From NCBI GenBank assembly GCA_002269645.1, contig NIVC01000020.1:744001-808000 (forward strand): a stretch of 64,000 nucleotides of DNA, read 5' to 3'. Positions 58,085-64,000 of this stretch are shown here, one piece after another. The notes under the pieces are model-generated. The model was not told where the DNA came from. It saw only the letters and a program-made list of their open reading frames with translations, and ran no database searches. Numbering within the stretch: the first letter of the stretch is position 1; each line of letters begins with the position of its first letter. Source of the DNA: Macrostomum lignano (taxonomy: Eukaryota). Both the position numbers and the translations under genes were made by a program.

Positions 58085-58875
58085 ACTTTGCTGTTATATA
58101 AAATACTCATCTGATAGTTGCTGTGCCATTGGCATTTTCAATTTTTCATAGCCGATGGCGATAGGCCTAGCTAGGATCAATCAATCAAACGGTCTCTACG
58201 AGTCTACTCTAACTAGCCTAAAACTAGGCCTAACTCTAGGCAAGCTAAGCTAAGGAAGGCTTAGCTGGCATAGCTGAGTCAAGACACTAAGAAAATATTG
58301 GATAAAATTACTAGAATAGGCCTAGTATTTGATGTTATTGATCATTAATAGAATATATTGATGATTTTGGTATTGATTTCATGATTTCACTTCAACAATT
58401 TTTTCAACTTAAATGAATGCCAAAGCATATTTATTGTGATGGGAGACACATTTAATGACACAAAACTATGCAAAAAACAGCACAACTTGTCAGGTAGACA
58501 GACAGTGTCAGTGATAAAATTTTAGTAGGTTACAATAGATGTAGGCTTAGTGCCATGGTAATCCAATAGAGCATCTAACCAAACTGCCCTGTAGGTTAGG
58601 CTAAGGCCAAATGAGCACAGATTTTTGGTTAAGCCGAGTTTTGAGTCAAGACATGGGTGCTTATATCAAATAGTTGAGAGATGTTAGCAAATAATCTGCA
58701 TATTTTTATGTAGACCTAGCATTTTCTATAGGATAGGCCTAGTCACTCTATTTTTATAATGTCATTTCATACAAAGATTTATTGACACTGTTGTTATATA
58801 AAATACTTATCTGATAGTTGCTGTGCCATTGACATTTTCATAGCCGATGGCGATAGGCCTAGCTAGGATCAATCA
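58085..58875. repeat. ~90-bp direct repeat pair (58090-58185 and 58790-58875)
   Basis: Both copies read TGTTATATAAAATACT.ATCTGATAGTTGCTGTGCCATTG...TAGCCGATGGCGATAGGCCTAGCTAGGATCAATCAA. Confidence 0.8.
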
Positions 58876-58877
58876 AG

Positions 58878-59237
58878 GCTTACAAAGGTAATTTCTTAGA
58901 TGTCAAGGCTTACAAAGGTAATTTCTTAGATTTCAAGGCTCATTAAAGGAATAGTTAAGATTTCAAGGCTTATAGAAAGAATTGTTAAGTTGTCAAGGCT
59001 TATAGAAAAATTGTTAAGTTGTCAAGGCTTATAGTTATAGAGGGGATCACTAAGATTTCAAGGCTTATAGCAAGGAATTCAAGGCTTAAGGAGGGATAGC
59101 TAAGATGTCAAGGCTCATAAGTAGATCTCTAAGATGTCAAGGCTCATAAGTAGATCTCTAAAATGTCAAGGCTCATAAGTAGATCTCTAAAATGTCAAGG
59201 CTCATAGGCCTAAGTAGATCTTTAAGATGTCAAGGCT
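58878..59237. repeat. Degenerate ~30-bp repeat with core TGTCAAGGCT
   Basis: Seen directly. Confidence 0.8.
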
Positions 59238-60164
59238 AAAGTCAATAGTTACATATAGTTTAGTCAAAAATTGTATTCTATTCTTTTTTGGCTCCTCCTC
59301 AATAGGGATGCTGATTATTAATATTATATTATACAAGTAGAATTCCTTTGGAGGAAAAAGGGGAAGAACTCTCATTGCCAGAATTCAGAATTTGCCTTGA
59401 ATCCCATCTTCCAAATTGTCTCTAAATTTTTTTTATAAAACCTTTTAACTATCATAGTCCATATATTGTTTTCCCTGTTTGAAAAAACTGATTGCTATTG
59501 TCTAGACTCAGACTCTCATGTCTCCTCTCCTTTGCACTCTCATTGTTACTCTCTTCCAGTGTTGCCACCACTGCAATTTTTTACCACTCAGCGATAATTT
59601 TGTCTATTTTGCTCTTTTCCTGCGATTTTTCGTGGATACCAATTCTTTCAACTTTTTTCAAGTACTGTATTTCATTTTGTGCTCAATTTAAGTGTCATGA
59701 ATGTCATCAATATAGCGTGAGGCTGTGCAAGCCTCTGGTTTTGAAGCTCGGCGAAAGGAGATTAAGCATGCTGCAGTCAAGCGAGCACTGAAGAAAGCTG
59801 CTGACAAAATGGCTTGGCAAAAGAGACAGGTGGAGTTTGGCACTCGATCTGTCCTACCAAAGGTTCCAAAGAAAAATGAACATCCACTGAAGAGCCTGCA
59901 GTTTTGCCTGACTAACGTTTGACTAGCCAAACAAAGATTCACGTAAAAGTATTTCTTCCCCTACAGTAACCCACATTGATCAACAATTAAAATATTAAAA
60001 GAATTCATCTCAGCTATATAGAATTGAGAACAGATTCAGACAACTGGAATATAGCACAAAATTTAGTTGTAAAATTGTTATTACTCATCAGCGGTCGTAG
60101 CGTCTTGCGTTTTAATTGGTTGCTTGGGTTGATTCCATAATGAACATCAGTAATCTATATTATA

Positions 60165-60786
60165 CACTCAGCAACAGTCAAAATGACTCAAAACCGCCAC
60201 CCTACCGAGAGAGGCAACTTCTCTCTCATCTCAACTGCAAGTGACGTAACTTGTGCCACGGCGTGGCTAAAGCTGGGTGTGAGTGAATGCAGGAGAGGGC
60301 AATCAGGGGATGCCCCATCTGCTTCTTTCACCCCACATTAGACAGAGCAGGGTGGCTGGCACAGTCAGAGTTCGCCTGACAATCCACAGCAGACGTCAAT
60401 TTGCCCTGGCTGTTGAGCCGCGGAGATCATGGCGCTGGCTGCCTATGGCTGCGTGCTGAACACTACCAGTCTCTTGGGACTTCGTTAACAGCGCTCAAAT
60501 TGTTGAACGTGATTGGCCAAATCAGCGAGCAACTGCGCTGATGGATGCACCAGCTTCTAGCATGCCAACAGCGCGCCATCGTTCAGCGTCTGTCATATGC
60601 CTGACCATTGTCACGTGTACTGTTGCACCCCCAACCCCAACTCCAGCCCCTTTTGTACTCTCACCCTGGAATTCACTCACACCCAGCTTTAGCCACGCCG
60701 TGGTGCAAGTTACGTCACTTGCAGTTGAGGTGAGAGAGAAGTCACCTCTCTCTCGGTAAGGTGGCAGTTTTGACTGTTGCTGAGTG
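60165..60786. mobile_element. Tc1/mariner-type MITE, 622 bp, about 130-bp TIRs, TA TSD
   Basis: CACTCAGCAACAGTCAAAA...GCTAAAGCTGGGTGTGAGTGAAT is inverted at 60670-60786; TA flanks both ends. Confidence 0.8.
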
Positions 60787-61039
60787 TATATATGCCTGTC
60801 TTCCCTTAAGAAAATGCTTGTGTTGTATGACTACTTCACTGATTCGGCGTAAATGAGAGTTGCATGCAGTTATTGCAAATTGTAGTAGTTTTTTTAGTCA
60901 AATAGAAGATGGAATTAGAAATGGAAAGCTAAAAAAGAAAGTTTTTTTCGCATACTGGCACCTTTTTCTCTATGACAAATAAGAAATTTGTTCCTGCAAT
61001 TTTTTTCTTATCCTGCAATAATTTCTTTGGTTGCTGTAG

Positions 61040-61880
61040 TGGCAACACTGCTCTCTTCTCTCTCCTCTAATCTCTACTCCCTTATTTATCTCTTCTCCCT
61101 CATCTTTCATCTATTATCTCTCCTGTTTCCTCTCTCCTCTTTCCTCTCCTCTCTTATCTCCCCTCTCTTCTCCTTTCTCATATCTCATCTCTAGTCTCTT
61201 ATCTCTAGTCTTTTTTCTACCCTCTCTCATCTCTTTTCTCTCTTCTCTCATTTCTCATATAACCTATATGCTCTCACATCTCCTCTCCTTTTTTATCTCC
61301 CATCTTTCTTCCCTCCTTTCTACCATCTCCTGTCTTCTCTCCTGTCTTCTCTCTTCTCCTTTCTCCTCTCATCTTCCCTCTCTTCTCTAATCTCTAATCT
61401 CTTCTCTCTCCTATTTTCTCACTCCTCTCTTTTTTCATTGCCTCTCATCTTTCCTCTTGCATTCTTATCTTTACCCTCGTCTTTCTCCTCACTACTTTCT
61501 TTATTTAACTCTCTCATGTCTGATATTTTATCTCTCTTCTTTCCTTTCTCCTCTCACTTCTATCTTCTCTCATTTCTAACTCCCTTATTTATTTCTTCTT
61601 CCCTTATTTACAATCTTTTCTTTTCTATTTCCTCTATATGCTCTTATCCTTCCTCTCTTCTCTTTTCTCTAATCTCTCCTGTCTGTCTCCTCTCTATAAT
61701 CTCATATCTCCCCTCTTATCTCCTTTTTCCTTTTCTCTTCTTTCTCCCTCTTCATTCCTGCCTAACTTATCTCTTCTCTTCTATCTAATATCTCTAATCT
61801 GTCTTCTTTCATATCTGCTCTCTTTTCTATCATCTCTTCTTTCTTTTCTTTTCAATCTTCTCTCTATTCTCTTATCTGAC
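61040..61880. repeat. CT-rich low-complexity tract
   Basis: Seen directly. Confidence 0.9.
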
Positions 61881-64000
61881 TTACTGAAGGTGCCAAATCC
61901 ATCAAAATCCTCCCTGTGCAACAGAACTCTACAAATTTTCTTCATGAAACTAAAATGCTCTCTATCATCAAAATGCTCTCTGTCAAGCTACAATCAATTG
62001 ATTTAATCAATATCAAATTGCAGTCATAATCATGCAGTCAATTAATATCAAATATTCAATGTAAAGGCATTAGCAGTTAGAGTTAGGGTTATGGTTAAAA
62101 CATTTCATTCATTGTTAGTCACAGCCTCTCCACTGGGGGTGCAGTGAGGGCCGCAAAAGAAGTAGTTCTAAAACTCAGTACTTTGCTATGTACATTGAGC
62201 CCTATTGCCATTAACCCTTAGCATGGGGGTATTTGCATTAAACTCAGAACATGTGTCAAAAAATTAAAAGTATAGAATTTTTTGAATGCTGTGCTTTCTA
62301 TTTTCATATTTAAAGCAGACAACTTATATCCCAAACTCAGCATTGCAAGATCTTTCTAGCAGTATAAGTCTTTCCTTTCAAAGTTTAAAACTTAAGGAAC
62401 AGTTAGCATTTGAAATTTCCTAACTTCCCAACTGCTTGCTTGAGAAGCTCGCAAGTTTATTTATTGAATTTCACTGCTTAGCTAATATACAAGGCTGCCT
62501 ATTGAAAGGCAGCAATAATAAAACCAATTGAATCTGCACAGTACTAGCTATCTGCTTACACTGTACAATTGCTATGTACACTCAGCTTAAGCCCAACCCC
62601 CCTCCTAATTCTGAGGGAATCATTAAATTTAATTGCACCCCTGACACAAGAAGGGTTGTTTGGCTTGACATGGAACATGTGTGCACCTATCTCCCCAATA
62701 CACAGTGACTTGCTGATGGAGGTTAGGGTAGCTTTTTACAAACAGGCTGCAACCCCTCTACTAGAAAGGCAGAGTGGCCACAGAGAGGCTAAAGAAGGTT
62801 AAGAAATCAGTTTTTTGCTTTTTTAAGGATCTTAAAATATAAAAATGAAAGATTAAAATAGCCTAAAGCCTGATCTGGAAAATTTGCAGTTTTCCCATTT
62901 AAGTTTTAATGCTGACTTGCCAGTAGTGTAGGAGTTCACTTGCAACATACACACACAAACATTGCATTAGTTTTAGTAGTGAAACAATCTCCGTCTTATT
63001 GAAGTTATTACTTAAAAATTTTAACAACAACCAGATAAGTTCAATAATAAAAACCAAAGAATATTTAAGTCTTGAGATATGTGATTTTTAAACTAGTCTT
63101 TATGCTTACATTTAAAATAATTTTGATAAATTGTTGGTTTCATATAGTTTTTATTAGTTTAAAAAATAGGGCATTTTTATGCTATTAAAGTAAGCTTTAT
63201 GTAGGTGAGAGTCTTGCTATAACTAAATTTTCCATATACATTTTAATCTTTTTTTAAACTATAGCTTTTTTCCATCTAGTTTTTTCTCAGCCTATTGGTA
63301 TAAATATACTTGTATATACATAGCTAATAAATTTTGCATGACTTAATGGCAGCAAGTCAAATGGCAGTAGTTCTTTTATCTTTTTTTTTCTAATTTGATC
63401 TAAAATCTATGATATATTTAATAGTAATAAAATAAATAGTAATGTTATAATGGCTTTATCTATCATTCATTAATATCCCCCCTCTAACAATTTACTAGCA
63501 ATCTAGTGCCCCCCTTAGGGGTGCCTATTAAGCAAGGGCAAAGTTATTCATGCCAATCCATTAAAAAAGCACATTTTCTTAGGAACCAATTCCTTCTTTA
63601 GTTTTATAAATAACCTTAATTGAGTGGATTATGATGTTATGATAAGTCTCTATTTCTTAAGTCCTTGAAATTGTATTATGTTTGTGCCCTAGCCAAATAT
63701 TTTAATAATTTGCTTATGGCTTGTATCAGCTTAGTAGGTTAATACATTTAGGTAGTAATTAGTAAGTTTTAATAAGTTTGGTCAGTAAGATTTGCTTAAA
63801 CCTTGATTTTTGGCCCTATTATGGCCAAGGCTAAAACTGCCATATAGTTATTCAAGTATATTAGATAAGTTGTAAAAGTGCTTTCTTTGTTTTGTAGCCT
63901 TACCTTGCCTTTCTTACCTTGGTATTCAAGTAGGTTGATTTATTGACTTGTTTTATTTTCATAATCATGTTGAGCAATAAGTTTATTATCCATCTACCAT

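Noticed and set aside
59300-59950. Interrupted protein-like frames suggesting a retroelement remnant
   Set aside because: Multiple stops and no diagnostic RT, endonuclease or integrase motif.

Overview
Eukaryotic, intron-rich animal genomic DNA with GC-rich exons, CCGCAG-type acceptors and very dense intronic minisatellites. This is consistent with a free-living flatworm such as Macrostomum (inference only). Six protein-coding genes can be reconstructed by hand with canonical GT-AG introns: NEK6/7 kinase (-, 2078-6824), AMPA-like ionotropic glutamate receptor (-, 9330-17701, 12 exons), intronless NAGS (-, 21426-22817), PICALM/AP180 (+, 26802-34279), a C16orf89/DUF4735-like secreted protein (+, 39064-42817) and MOB2 (-, 50419-52083). 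At least seven non-autonomous TIR elements (one nested pair; all but two with a perfect TSD), a tRNA-headed SINE and about 30 distinct micro/minisatellites are present. Most long ORFs in the ORF track are repeat artefacts. Most notable observations: (1) two tandem-duplicated alternative first exons that swap the NEK kinase ATP-binding N-lobe segment; (2) two independent tandem arrays built from an exon end plus its 5' splice site, where use of any downstream donor gives a premature stop; (3) a tandem segmental duplication (~38.4-44.6 kb vs ~44.6-51.5 kb) with reciprocal loss of C16orf89 and MOB2; (4) a candidate 9-nt Gly-Cys-Cys microexon in PICALM. All analysis is by eye; no database search was run.
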